A DNA stretch of 32,000 nucleotides from Geobacter metallireducens GS-15 (GCF_000012925.1 NC_007517.1:3120001-3152000); one strand, 5' to 3'; positions 15,652-24,613 are shown, numbered from the stretch's first letter. Made by a program: numbers and translations. The notes: generated by a model not told the origin, from the sequence alone.

Positions 15652-18048
15652 TCATTCAAATTTCTTGCCAACTTTCCTGAGAAGAATCGAGTTGGTCACC
15701 ACCGACACCGACGAGAAGGCCATGGCGAGCCCGGCGTACTCGGGCTTGAGGGTGATGCCGAAGGGGTAGTAGAGGATCCCCGCTGCCACGGGGATGCCGA
15801 GGATGTTGTAGAAGAGTGCCCAGAACAGGTTCTGCTTCACCTTGGCGAGGGTGGCCCGACCGAGCCGGATGGCCCGCACCACATCCATGAGATCGTCCCG
15901 GACGAGGATCACGTCGCCGGTCTCCTTGGCAACATCGGTGCCGCCGCCGATGGCGATCCCCACGTCGGCCCGGGCCAGGGCCGGAGCGTCGTTGATGCCA
16001 TCCCCCACCATGGCCGTGAAAAGCCCCTTCGCCTGGTATTCCTTCACCACCTCCTGTTTGCGGCCCGGAAGGACCTCCGCCTCGAAGCCGTCAACACCCG
16101 CCTCTCGGGCCACGGCAGCGGCCACGGCCCGGTGGTCGCCGGTAATCATGAAGGTGGCGATTCCCATGGCTTTCATGGCCGCCACGGCCGCGGCCGAACC
16201 CTCCTTGAGCCGGTCAGCCAGGGCAGCGACCCCCACAGGGCGCCCACCTGCAGCCACGAAGACCAGGGATTTCCCCTCCCCCCCCAGCCGCGCCGCATCG
16301 GTCGCCAGTGGTGCGGTGACGATTCCCGCCTCCTCCAGGAAGCGGGCGTTCCCGGCCATGACCGGCTCTCCGGCCACGGTGCAGACAACGCCCCCCCCTT
16401 CGATTTCCCGGTAGTCGGCCGTCTCCGCCAGCATCACGCCACGTTCCGCCGCACCGGCCACGGCAGCCTGTGCCAGGGGGTGGGTGGAGCGGGACTCGGC
16501 TGCGGCAAGGAGCGTCAGGAGCCGCTCCTCCGTCTCCCCCGGCACCGGCACGATGTCGGTGAGGGCCGGCTCCCCCCGGGTGAGGGTACCGGTCTTGTCG
16601 AGAAGGATCGCCTGGACCCGGGAGATGTTCTCCAGTACCGACCCCCGCTTCACGAGGATCCCCCGATTGAGCCCCACGCCGCTCCCCACCATGATGGCTG
16701 TGGGGGTGGCAAGCCCCATGGCGCAGGGGCAGGCGATGACCACCACGGCGATGGCCAGCTTGAAGGCGAAGAGGAACTCCTGGTGGAGCCCCCAGTACCA
16801 GACCGCGAAGGTGATGACGGCCAGGGCGATGACCACCGGCACAAAGACGCCGGAAACCCGGTCGGCAAAACGCTGGATGGGGGCCTTGTCAGCCTGGGCC
16901 TCGCGCACCATCCGGACGATCTGGGAGAGGAGCGTTTCCTCGCCGATACGGGTCGCTCGGACCGTGAGGACGCCGCCTCTGTTCACCGTGGCGCCGGTGA
17001 CCGGATTCCCTGGCTTTTTCGTCACCGGCACCGACTCGCCGGTGACCATGGACTCGTCCACGGTGGAGCTCCCCTCAACCACCTCCCCGTCCACGGGAAG
17101 GGCCTCACCCGGGAAGACCCGCACCAGGTCCCCAACCCGGACCGCGGAGGCCGGCACCTCCCGCTCCCCCTCGGGGGTCACGAGCCGCGCCTTGTCGGCC
17201 TGGAGCCGCAGGAGCTTTTTCAGGGCCTCTCCCGCCTTGCCCCTGGCCCGGGCCTCCAGGTACTTGCCGAGCCGGATGAAGGCGATGAGCATGGCCGAGG
17301 TCTCGAAGAAGACATGCCCCCCGTGCTCCCCGAAGGCACCGAAGAAGGCTAAGAGGGAGTAGAAGTAGGCGGCGGAGGTTCCCAGCGCCACCAGGACGTC
17401 CATGTTGGCGCTCTTGTTCTTCAGGGCGAACCAGCTCCCCCGGTAGAAGGTGAGCCCCGCCGAGAACTGGACGATGGTGGCCAGCACCAGGTTCATCCAC
17501 CCCACGGCCCGGTTGTCGTGCTGGGCCATGGTGAACATGATGGGAAGCGAGAGAACGGCACTCAGGATGAACCAGTTCCGTTGGGAGAGGAGCTCCGACG
17601 CGGCTTCCGCCCCCCCCTGCTCCGGCTCCACCGGGGTGTACCCGGCCTCCGTCACTAGGGCGAAGATGTCGGCCTGGCCGAGGCGGGCCGGATCGAACCG
17701 GACCAGGGCCTCCTCCTGGGCCAGGTTCACCACGGCGGCGGTCACGGCGGGGTTGGAGAGGAGCTTCTTCTCCAGGTTCGCCACGCAGGAGGCGCAGTGG
17801 AGCCCCCGGACCCCGAAGCGGAGCTCCCCTGCCGCAGCGGCCCGTCGCGTCCCGTAGCCCAACTCCTTCACCCGGGAGTCGATGACGTCTTCCGAGGTCT
17901 TCGCCTCGTCGTACTCCACCGCCATCTCCTCGGTGGCGAAGTTCACCACCGCCATGACGACCCCGTCCATCAGGCCGATCTCCTTCTCGATCCGGGCCGC
18001 GCACCCGGCGCAGTGCATCCCGGTAATGCCGAACATCGTCTTATGCAT
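15652..18048 (-). CDS. copA: copper-translocating P1B-type ATPase
   Basis: Two N-terminal HMA domains (GMHCAGC, GLHCASC). TGESVPV, the CPC motif (IACPCAMGLATP), DKTGTLT and GDGINDAPAL are present. The preferred start is ATG 18048, 5 nt after GGAGGTGA, which overlaps the stop of the upstream permease by 8 nt. Confidence 0.93.
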   Translation of the reverse strand: MHKTMFGITGMHCAGCAARIEKEIGLMDGVVMAVVNFATEEMAVEYDEAKTSEDVIDSRVKELGYGTRRAAAAGELRFGVRGLHCASCVANLEKKLLSNPAVTAAVVNLAQEEALVRFDPARLGQADIFALVTEAGYTPVEPEQGGAEAASELLSQRNWFILSAVLSLPIMFTMAQHDNRAVGWMNLVLATIVQFSAGLTFYRGSWFALKNKSANMDVLVALGTSAAYFYSLLAFFGAFGEHGGHVFFETSAMLIAFIRLGKYLEARARGKAGEALKKLLRLQADKARLVTPEGEREVPASAVRVGDLVRVFPGEALPVDGEVVEGSSTVDESMVTGESVPVTKKPGNPVTGATVNRGGVLTVRATRIGEETLLSQIVRMVREAQADKAPIQRFADRVSGVFVPVVIALAVITFAVWYWGLHQEFLFAFKLAIAVVVIACPCAMGLATPTAIMVGSGVGLNRGILVKRGSVLENISRVQAILLDKTGTLTRGEPALTDIVPVPGETEERLLTLLAAAESRSTHPLAQAAVAGAAERGVMLAETADYREIEGGGVVCTVAGEPVMAGNARFLEEAGIVTAPLATDAARLGGEGKSLVFVAAGGRPVGVAALADRLKEGSAAAVAAMKAMGIATFMITGDHRAVAAAVAREAGVDGFEAEVLPGRKQEVVKEYQAKGLFTAMVGDGINDAPALARADVGIAIGGGTDVAKETGDVILVRDDLMDVVRAIRLGRATLAKVKQNLFWALFYNILGIPVAAGILYYPFGITLKPEYAGLAMAFSSVSVVTNSILLRKVGKKFE

Positions 18049-19093
18049 CCCTCTCACCTCCCACCAGATACCCCTTCAGCTCCACGGCGCAGATCTTCAC
18101 CACCGCCGCCACCGGCACCGCCAGCACCACCCCCCAGAACCCCATGAGCTCCCCCAGGGCCATAAGGGCGAAGACCACCGCCAGGGGGTTCAGGCGCAGG
18201 GTTCCCCGCATGAGGAGCGGCTTGATGAGGTTCCCCTCGATAATGACGTTGATGACGAAGTAGGCGGCGCAGACCTTGGGAATGATCATGAGGTCCCCGG
18301 TCTCGGCGTACCCCATGAGAGCCGGGGGGATCACCGCCACCATCACTCCCACGTAGGGGACCACCGACGCGAACCCGGCCACGAAGCCGTTCAGGAGCGG
18401 AAACTCGATCCCGAGGAGGTAGAGGGCCAGGGCCGACAGGATACCCACCAGGAGGCAATCGAAGAACTGGGCCATGACGAACCGCTCCAGGGAATCCTTG
18501 ATCCGCCCCCCCACCTCCCGGAAGGAGTGGCGCTCCCGGTGGGGGACGAAGCGGAGGATCAGATCCTTGAAGAACTGCTTGGAGGAAAGCATGAAGAAGA
18601 CGAGGATCGGCGCCAGGACCAGGTTGAACAGTCCGAAGAGGGCCGCCTTCAACTCCTGGTATCCCTTGCCCGACACGTCCAGGGCCAGTTTTTTCAGGGA
18701 ATCCTGGGCACTGGCGATGAGCCATGTCCCCTCGTCGCTGCCGTAATAGGGGGAAAGCCGTGCCTTCCACACCTCCATGACCCTCTCCAGGTTCTGTACG
18801 TAGCGGGGGACTGCCCGGGGAAACGCTTCCAGCTGATGGTTCAGGTACGGGATAAGCGCAAAGAGCGAAAAGAACATAATCACCGCGATGCAGAGGTAGA
18901 GGATGGCGATGGCGGGGATACGGCCGAGCCCCTTGCGCTCCAGGCACTTCATGAAGGGGTTCAGCAGGTAGGCGATGACGAGGGAGGTGAGGATTGCCGA
19001 AAGGCTGTGGCGGGCCACGTGACCCGCCAGGAGCACCACCCCGAGGGTGGCGGCCAGGAACCAGGCGATATGGGCCGCGTCCCGGGGGCGCAC
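18041..19093 (-). CDS. AI-2E (PerM/TqsA) family transporter, copy 2
   Basis: 350 aa polytopic membrane protein with the typical AI-2E C-terminal region (NPLAVVFALMALGELMGFWGVVLAVPVAAVVK). The GTG start is 1 nt after the upstream stop, preceded by GGGAGGGG. Confidence 0.85.
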   Translation of the reverse strand: MRPRDAAHIAWFLAATLGVVLLAGHVARHSLSAILTSLVIAYLLNPFMKCLERKGLGRIPAIAILYLCIAVIMFFSLFALIPYLNHQLEAFPRAVPRYVQNLERVMEVWKARLSPYYGSDEGTWLIASAQDSLKKLALDVSGKGYQELKAALFGLFNLVLAPILVFFMLSSKQFFKDLILRFVPHRERHSFREVGGRIKDSLERFVMAQFFDCLLVGILSALALYLLGIEFPLLNGFVAGFASVVPYVGVMVAVIPPALMGYAETGDLMIIPKVCAAYFVINVIIEGNLIKPLLMRGTLRLNPLAVVFALMALGELMGFWGVVLAVPVAAVVKICAVELKGYLVGGERDA

Positions 19094-19094
19094 C

Positions 19095-20219
19095 TTACGC
19101 CCCTCCCGAAAGATCGCCGCGCCGCACGTGGTCCGCGACGATCCTGACCGCCGCGGCGATGGGGATGGCGAGCAGGATCCCCCAGAACCCCATGAGTTCT
19201 CCGAAGAGCATGACGACCATAATCGTCACGAGAGGGTTGAGGTCCATGGACTCCTTGAACACCAGAGGCTTCACCACGTATCCCTCAAGGAAGTAGATCA
19301 CCGCGAAGGCCCCGATGACTTTCAAGAGCACGAAACCGCTCTGGTACTGGACATAGGCGAAGAACAGCGGGGGAAGCGTTGCCAGGATCACCCCGATGAA
19401 GGGGAGAACCGACGCGAGGCCGGCGAAGATGCCGTTCAGGAAGGGATAATCGATACCGAGAATGAAGAGGGCGATGATGGAAAGGATTGCCACGATGGCC
19501 GAAACGATGAGCTGTCCCCGGATGTAGCCGCCGACGCTGGCGTTGATCTCCCGCCCCAGGGTGAGGACCGCTTCGCGCCGGGAACGGGGAAGCCACGTGA
19601 TGATCCCGGTCTTGATCTCATTCTTGTACCAGAGCATGAAGAAGATGAGAATGGGGGCCAGGACCAGGTTGAACAGGTTGAAGACAAAACCCGTGGCTGC
19701 CTCATAGACGCCGGCGCCCAGGCGTGCCGCCATCTTGTCGATCTGGCCGGTTGCCGTCTCGAAGAGCCAGCGCCACTCATCGTCGGCACCGGCGGGAAGA
19801 GCCTGCATCTTCCAGGAGAGGACGATCGCCTTCCCCTTCTGGAGGTAGGCGGGAAGTCCCTTGAGGAACGCCTCCCAACGGATGCTGGCAAAGGGGACAA
19901 TGAAGGCGACAAAGAAGAGCGAGAGGACCGTGAGGACCAGGTAGAGGGCGACGATCCCCCAACTGCGGCGAAGGCCCCGCCGCTCCAGGAGGACCACGGC
20001 CGGATCGAGGAGATAGGCGAGGACAAAGGAGAGGAGAAAGCAGGAAAGGGTGTGGCTGACGGCATAGCCCGCGGCTATCACGGCCGCGGCCGCAAGGAAC
20101 CACATGATCCCCCTCTGCGCGGCCGGTGCTCTCTCTCCCATGGTTGTCCCCGTTCCCGTGATGCCGCCATCGCTGGCCGGCAGGCTCCTAGAATTCCTCT
20201 TCAGCTCCGAAGAGATCAT
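19095..20219 (-). CDS. AI-2E (PerM/TqsA) family transporter, copy 1
   Basis: Paralogue of the downstream gene (NPLVTIMVVMLFGELMGFWGILLAIPIAAAVR). The start is uncertain: in-frame starts at 20141 (MGERAP) or 20105 (MWFLAAAAV) would remove the 32-nt overlap with the upstream gene. Confidence 0.8.
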   Translation of the reverse strand: MISSELKRNSRSLPASDGGITGTGTTMGERAPAAQRGIMWFLAAAAVIAAGYAVSHTLSCFLLSFVLAYLLDPAVVLLERRGLRRSWGIVALYLVLTVLSLFFVAFIVPFASIRWEAFLKGLPAYLQKGKAIVLSWKMQALPAGADDEWRWLFETATGQIDKMAARLGAGVYEAATGFVFNLFNLVLAPILIFFMLWYKNEIKTGIITWLPRSRREAVLTLGREINASVGGYIRGQLIVSAIVAILSIIALFILGIDYPFLNGIFAGLASVLPFIGVILATLPPLFFAYVQYQSGFVLLKVIGAFAVIYFLEGYVVKPLVFKESMDLNPLVTIMVVMLFGELMGFWGILLAIPIAAAVRIVADHVRRGDLSGGA

Positions 20220-20625
20220 GCTCTTCGAGCCAGCGCCTGATCCGCTCGGAGATGATCTCCTCCTTCATGGCCATGAAGCGGTCGAACTCCTCGGGATAGA
20301 AGGAGAGGATCTCGTCCAGTTTCCCGAAGGGCTTCTTCCCCTCGAAGGCCCGTTCGAGCATCCGCTTCAAGGCCTCGTTTTCGACCCCGCGGATGAACTC
20401 GTGGAGCAGCAGGCGCTCCTGATCGTAATCGAACGCGGGAATCTGGATGAAACGCTCGCCGCTCGCCTCCAGGTCGCGCCAGAACTCCTCGTCCTCGTAG
20501 TCGGCAGGGACGGCGAATATCTCCCCCGTCTCCCGGTCGAGGAAGTACATGATCCCTTCGTCCGGATTGTCAAAGGCCTCCAGGAGATCGTCCCAGACTA
20601 TCTCCACATCACGCATGAACCCCAT
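20188..20625 (-). CDS. small acidic cytoplasmic protein, possibly UPF0158 family
   Basis: 145 aa ORF, the first gene of the co-directional AI-2E/copA array. The composition looks coding, with no low-complexity Arg/Pro bias. The family assignment is from memory only. Confidence 0.6.
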   Translation of the reverse strand: MGFMRDVEIVWDDLLEAFDNPDEGIMYFLDRETGEIFAVPADYEDEEFWRDLEASGERFIQIPAFDYDQERLLLHEFIRGVENEALKRMLERAFEGKKPFGKLDEILSFYPEEFDRFMAMKEEIISERIRRWLEEHDLFGAEEEF

Positions 20626-20687
20626 GGCTAACCCGTCTTCCTCTCTCTATCTTTACCTTTGCAGGCCTTTTGTTCTATAGTGCCGCC

Positions 20688-21428
20688 ATGCGCGCTATCT
20701 TCATCGCCGATGCCCATCTGCGGCACGAGGGGGACGAAAACTACCGGCTCCTCGTGGAATTTCTTACAGAACTCCGGGGAACCGTCGACACGCTCTTCAT
20801 CCTCGGCGATCTCTTCGAATTCTGGATCGGCTACGAAACGGTCCCCTTCACCCACTACCTTCCGATTCTGAAAAAGCTCCAGGAGCTGGCGGAAAATGGC
20901 ACGGAAATCGTCTACCTGGAGGGAAACCACGACTTCCACATGGGGCCGTTCTTCACCAAGACCCTCGGCGCCCGGGTCCATCCCGGCCCGGCCCTCGTCA
21001 CCATCGAGGGGAAACAGGTCTATCTCTGCCACGGCGACGAGGTGAACAGCCGGGATTACTCCTACCGGCTCCTCCGCTTCATCCTCCACAGCTCCCTCGT
21101 CCGGGCGGCCACCCGTGTCGTTCCCCCCTCGGTCGCCTCCCGTATCGCCGAGCGGATGTCCCGCGGCAGCAGGAAGAACCATGGCCGGCGGCAGCACCGC
21201 TGGGATTACCCGGCGCTCCTGCGGGAATTCGCCGCCCGGCGCTTCCGCGAGGGGTGCGACGTGGTTGTCTCGGGCCACTTCCACATCCCGTTCCTGGACG
21301 AAGCCGACGGAAAGGTTCTCCTCTCCCTGGGTGACTGGCTCACCCACTATACCTACGGGGAGTGGCGGGACGGGGTGGTATCGCTGAGGCGATACCGGTA
21401 CCGGGGACCGGGGACCGGGGACCAGTAA
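20688..21428 (+). CDS. lpxH: UDP-2,3-diacylglucosamine diphosphatase
   Basis: Calcineurin-like metallophosphoesterase motifs: MRAIFIADAHL, ILGDLFEFW, LEGNHDF, CHGDE and SGHFHIP. ATG 20688 is preferred over the TTG at 20670 in the track. The C-terminal tail RGPGTGDQ is encoded by the heptamer array. Confidence 0.88.
   Translation: MRAIFIADAHLRHEGDENYRLLVEFLTELRGTVDTLFILGDLFEFWIGYETVPFTHYLPILKKLQELAENGTEIVYLEGNHDFHMGPFFTKTLGARVHPGPALVTIEGKQVYLCHGDEVNSRDYSYRLLRFILHSSLVRAATRVVPPSVASRIAERMSRGSRKNHGRRQHRWDYPALLREFAARRFREGCDVVVSGHFHIPFLDEADGKVLLSLGDWLTHYTYGEWRDGVVSLRRYRYRGPGTGDQ
21403..21423 (+). repeat. tandem heptamer array, 3 x GGGGACC, forming the last codons of lpxH
   Basis: Read directly: ggggacc x3, followed by ag taa. 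The stop is at 21426-21428. Confidence 0.95.
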
Positions 21429-21434
21429 AAACCT

Positions 21435-21671
21435 TCACGTCACGTCGAGGCCGAAGAGCCTCAGATATTTCCCAACCCGCTCCTCCAGGGTCGGCGCCGC
21501 CACCAGGAGGCAGGTTTCGTCGGGGCGATACCCCCGGCAGACCGCGGGGCGCACATCATAGGCGGTACAGAGCCCTGCCTCACCCAGATGCCGACACCTC
21601 TCCCCAACCGGCTTTCCGAGCGTCGTAATATCAGGAGCGATACAGCAGGTGCCGCACTTCAGACACTCCAT
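21435..21671 (-). CDS. YkgJ-family (UPF0153) cysteine-cluster protein
   Basis: 78 aa starting MECLKCGTCC (CxxCxxCC), with further Cys at CRHL, LCTAY and VCRGY. GGGGGAG lies upstream of the ATG. Confidence 0.8.
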   Translation of the reverse strand: MECLKCGTCCIAPDITTLGKPVGERCRHLGEAGLCTAYDVRPAVCRGYRPDETCLLVAAPTLEERVGKYLRLFGLDVT

Positions 21672-21685
21672 GAATCTCCCCCCGA

Positions 21686-23053
21686 TTACCGCCCCTTGGC
21701 GAAAAACGCCTCCAGGGCCTGTTCACCCAGATATGACGCCTTGATTTTCCACTTGTCCTGATTGATGACGAGGGCGGCGAGGGCGATCTGCGGATTCTCA
21801 ACGGGAGCGTAGGCGGCAAACCAGTTGTAATGCCCCTCGGGATCAGTGCCGTTGATGGAGCCGGTCTTGGCGGCTATGTTGACATTGGCGATCCGGGGAC
21901 GTCCATGGTTGTCGTGGAAGGCTCGGCGGGAAGTGCCGCTGGTGACGGTGGTGGAGAGCATTCGCGTGAGCTGGGCAGTCACCTCGGGAGCCGCGATGGA
22001 GCGGATGGTCCGGGGCTGATGCGTGTAGGTCACCTTGTTTCCGGTGTTCCTGATCTCCTCCACGAGGGAGGGGGCGAGCATGGTGCCGCCGTTGGCGATG
22101 GCTGCCATCATGACTGCCACATGGATGGGAGAGATCTTCACTTCCCGGCCGAGGCCGGCACCCATGAGGCGCAGATCGTTGTCGGTCCGGGGATACTCGG
22201 CCCGGCTCGGCTGGACCGGGGTGCCGGGGAGGAGGTAGTGGTTGAACCCGTAGCGCTCGGCGCAGCGCAGCACCGACTCCCTCCCGGCGATATCGCAGGC
22301 GACCCGGCCAAAGACCGGGTTGACCGATTTCCCCATGGCGGTCGTCAGGTCCATCTCCTGGGCGCCCCGCTTCGGGAGGGAACTCCAGTAGCGGGCACTC
22401 TCCGAATAGAGCCCTCCCCGGAAGGGGATGACCGTATCGGGGGTTACCTTCCCCTGTTCCAGGGCCGCCGTGGCGGTGATGATCTTGAAGAGGGAGGCCA
22501 TGGGGTAGACCCCGTAAAAGGCCCGCTCCTCCCACTCGGGAGAGACGGACGAGTGGGAAACCATGGCCAGGACCTTGCCGCTCTTGGGTTCGATGGCAAC
22601 AAAGACCCCATAGGGAACATCGAACTGGGTCAGGACCTCCCTGACCCTCTCCTGAATCGTACTGTCGATGGCAAAGACCACTCTCCCCCCTTCGGGAACG
22701 GGAGCAACGAGGCGGTCGCCTTCAAGCCGGGCCTGGGGAAAGAGGCCGGCACCGAGACGGAAGGAGCTGTAGATATCCAGATCGCGGGGAAGCTTCCCGG
22801 CAGATTGCGCCTCCTTCTGATCGCTGGAAACGGCCGTTCGCCCCGAAAGCACGGAAGAAAACACCGGATAGGCGGCGATAAGGGCCGCCAGCACGGGAAG
22901 GAGGACCCGAAGACTTTTTTTCCGGGGCTTCGATTCTTCGAGCCCCTTGCTTTCGAGTCTTTTGAAGGAGTTGCGGGGAGGGTCTTTCCGGCGCCCGGTG
23001 AGGGCGGAAAATGAAAAACGGCGCTTTCTCGTCAGATGTTTAAAATCTTGCAT
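21686..23053 (-). CDS. penicillin-binding protein, transpeptidase domain (membrane-anchored)
   Basis: N-terminal TM LRVLLPVLAALIAAYPVF. SxxK (ASLFKI), SxN (KSVNP) and KTG (AKTGSI) motifs are in the canonical order. Confidence 0.85.
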   Translation of the reverse strand: MQDFKHLTRKRRFSFSALTGRRKDPPRNSFKRLESKGLEESKPRKKSLRVLLPVLAALIAAYPVFSSVLSGRTAVSSDQKEAQSAGKLPRDLDIYSSFRLGAGLFPQARLEGDRLVAPVPEGGRVVFAIDSTIQERVREVLTQFDVPYGVFVAIEPKSGKVLAMVSHSSVSPEWEERAFYGVYPMASLFKIITATAALEQGKVTPDTVIPFRGGLYSESARYWSSLPKRGAQEMDLTTAMGKSVNPVFGRVACDIAGRESVLRCAERYGFNHYLLPGTPVQPSRAEYPRTDNDLRLMGAGLGREVKISPIHVAVMMAAIANGGTMLAPSLVEEIRNTGNKVTYTHQPRTIRSIAAPEVTAQLTRMLSTTVTSGTSRRAFHDNHGRPRIANVNIAAKTGSINGTDPEGHYNWFAAYAPVENPQIALAALVINQDKWKIKASYLGEQALEAFFAKGR

Positions 23054-23123
23054 ATATGGAAAAGGGTCCGGTTGCCCGAAACAGGCGTGAATACATGAAA
23101 TTCATGGCGGTTACATTGCCGTC

Positions 23124-23152
23124 ACTATATGCAAAACCCCTCCCTTTGTCAA
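23124..23152 (-). promoter_or_regulatory. sigma70-like promoter for the PBP gene
   Basis: The minus strand reads TTGACA (23152-23147), a 17-nt spacer, then TATAGT (23129-23124), about 70 nt upstream of the ATG at 23053. Confidence 0.5.
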
Positions 23153-23175
23153 CGACGGCCCCCGTTACCAACCTC

Positions 23176-24537
23176 TCATGAATCGCGCCTCGACAGAGGT
23201 TCACCTGCCAACGGCACCCGCTCCGCCAGGTCCCGAAAACTCAGATCACCCAGGGCACTCCGAACCGCCGCCTCGATGGCTTCCCAGAGATCGTCCACGA
23301 CAACATGATCCTCTCCTCCCAGCTGGCCGGGCAGCCCGACTCCCTGATTCCTCAGGGAGGAGAGCACCTCCCCGACCCTGATGTGCTCCAGGTCCCGGGC
23401 CGGCAGGTAGAGGGGATCATCGCCGCACCCCGCCGCCAGGACTCCTTCGTCTTCCAGACATTCGAGGAGCTCCCTCACGGAACGCTCAGGCACATCGAGG
23501 TGCTCGGCAAGCCCGGTGATGCTCCAGGGCGGGCGATCATTATGGAACGCCAGGGAAATCTCGTAGATGACGGCCAAGGCCAGGCGCTCCCGGGCCGCGT
23601 TGCTGATGGCGGGGGTGCGCACTTCGCGCCGGAAGGTCCGCAGGTGTTGATGGGCGTAAACCACTTCCCCCCCCAGAAGAACAATGACCCAGCTGGCGTA
23701 CAGCCAGACCATGAAGACCGGCAGCACCGCCAGTGTCCCGTAGATGGCGTTGTACTTTGCCACCCCCACCTGAAAGTGGATGTACCCCCACTGGGCGCCC
23801 TGCCAGATCGTACCGGCGATAATCCCTCCCACAAGGGCCGAGCGGAAGCGGACTTTGGTATTGGGGATGAACATGTAGAGAAAGACGAGGGCGATCCAGA
23901 TGCTGAGGTAGGGAACCAGGCGAAAAAGGGCCAGCAGCGCATCGCCGAGATACGTGTATCCCATGATCCACTGGACGAACGCCTGGCTTTCAATGGTGGT
24001 GGTCGTGCTCACCGCGGCAAAAAGAAGGATCGGGCCGCTCACCAGCACACTCAGGTAATCACTGAACTTGCGGTAGAGGGAACGGGTCTCCCGGACCCCC
24101 CAGATGGCGTTGAAGGCCTCCTCGACGTTGCCGAGGAGCGTCACGACCGTGACAAAGAGGGCCGCAAGGCCGATGGCGCCGAGGGATCCGACCTTGGTGT
24201 TGTTGATGTAGGCGACGATCTTGTCGACGATCTCGTGGGAGCCGGCTGCCACCTGGTCGAGGATAAACGGTTCCAGGGTGTTCTGGACTCCAAACCCCTT
24301 CAATACCGCGAAAGCAAGGGCAAAGAACGGGACGATGGAGAGGAGGGTGGAGAAGGCCAGGGCTGAAGCCCGGATGAGGCACTGGTCGTCCAGAAAGTCC
24401 TTGACCACCAGGGCGCCGATCTGCAGACACCGCAGCAGGCGCCCCTTCACCGGGCCAAAGGAGTCGGGCTCCATCTCCCAGAGGGCATGGGTGAAAAACC
24501 CTATGATCCTGTCCACCGCAGTTTCTCTTTGCGCCAT
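23176..24537 (-). CDS. YihY/BrkB ('ribonuclease BN-like') family membrane protein with a cytoplasmic C-terminal extension of about 150 aa
   Basis: N-terminal signature IRASALAFSTLLSIVPFFALAFAVL, six predicted TMs and the typical YGTLAVLPVFMVWLYASWVIVLLG. The C-terminal region looks like a winged helix (ITGLAEHLDVPERSVRELLECLEDEGVL). Confidence 0.87.
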   Translation of the reverse strand: MAQRETAVDRIIGFFTHALWEMEPDSFGPVKGRLLRCLQIGALVVKDFLDDQCLIRASALAFSTLLSIVPFFALAFAVLKGFGVQNTLEPFILDQVAAGSHEIVDKIVAYINNTKVGSLGAIGLAALFVTVVTLLGNVEEAFNAIWGVRETRSLYRKFSDYLSVLVSGPILLFAAVSTTTTIESQAFVQWIMGYTYLGDALLALFRLVPYLSIWIALVFLYMFIPNTKVRFRSALVGGIIAGTIWQGAQWGYIHFQVGVAKYNAIYGTLAVLPVFMVWLYASWVIVLLGGEVVYAHQHLRTFRREVRTPAISNAARERLALAVIYEISLAFHNDRPPWSITGLAEHLDVPERSVRELLECLEDEGVLAAGCGDDPLYLPARDLEHIRVGEVLSSLRNQGVGLPGQLGGEDHVVVDDLWEAIEAAVRSALGDLSFRDLAERVPLAGEPLSRRDS

Positions 24538-24566
24538 GGCTCCCGCACCGGACGGCCCTGCTTACG

Positions 24567-24593
24567 AAAAAGCCCACGCGAGGTGGGCTTTTT
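24567..24593 (-). terminator. rho-independent terminator after the YtxH gene (A-tract/U-tract on both sides, so potentially bidirectional)
   Basis: aaaaagcccac-gcgag-gtgggcttttt. The GC core is 6 bp (gcccac/gtgggc). It extends to 11 bp if the flanking A and T runs pair, with a 5-nt loop. Confidence 0.7.
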
Positions 24594-24613
24594 CGTGCAT
24601 AAACCGGAGGCTG

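Noticed and set aside
23094-23106. Palindrome CATGAA-A-TTCATG in the leader of the PBP gene as an operator
   Set aside because: It has only 6-bp arms, occurs once, and has no associated regulator gene. That is too little evidence to call a binding site.
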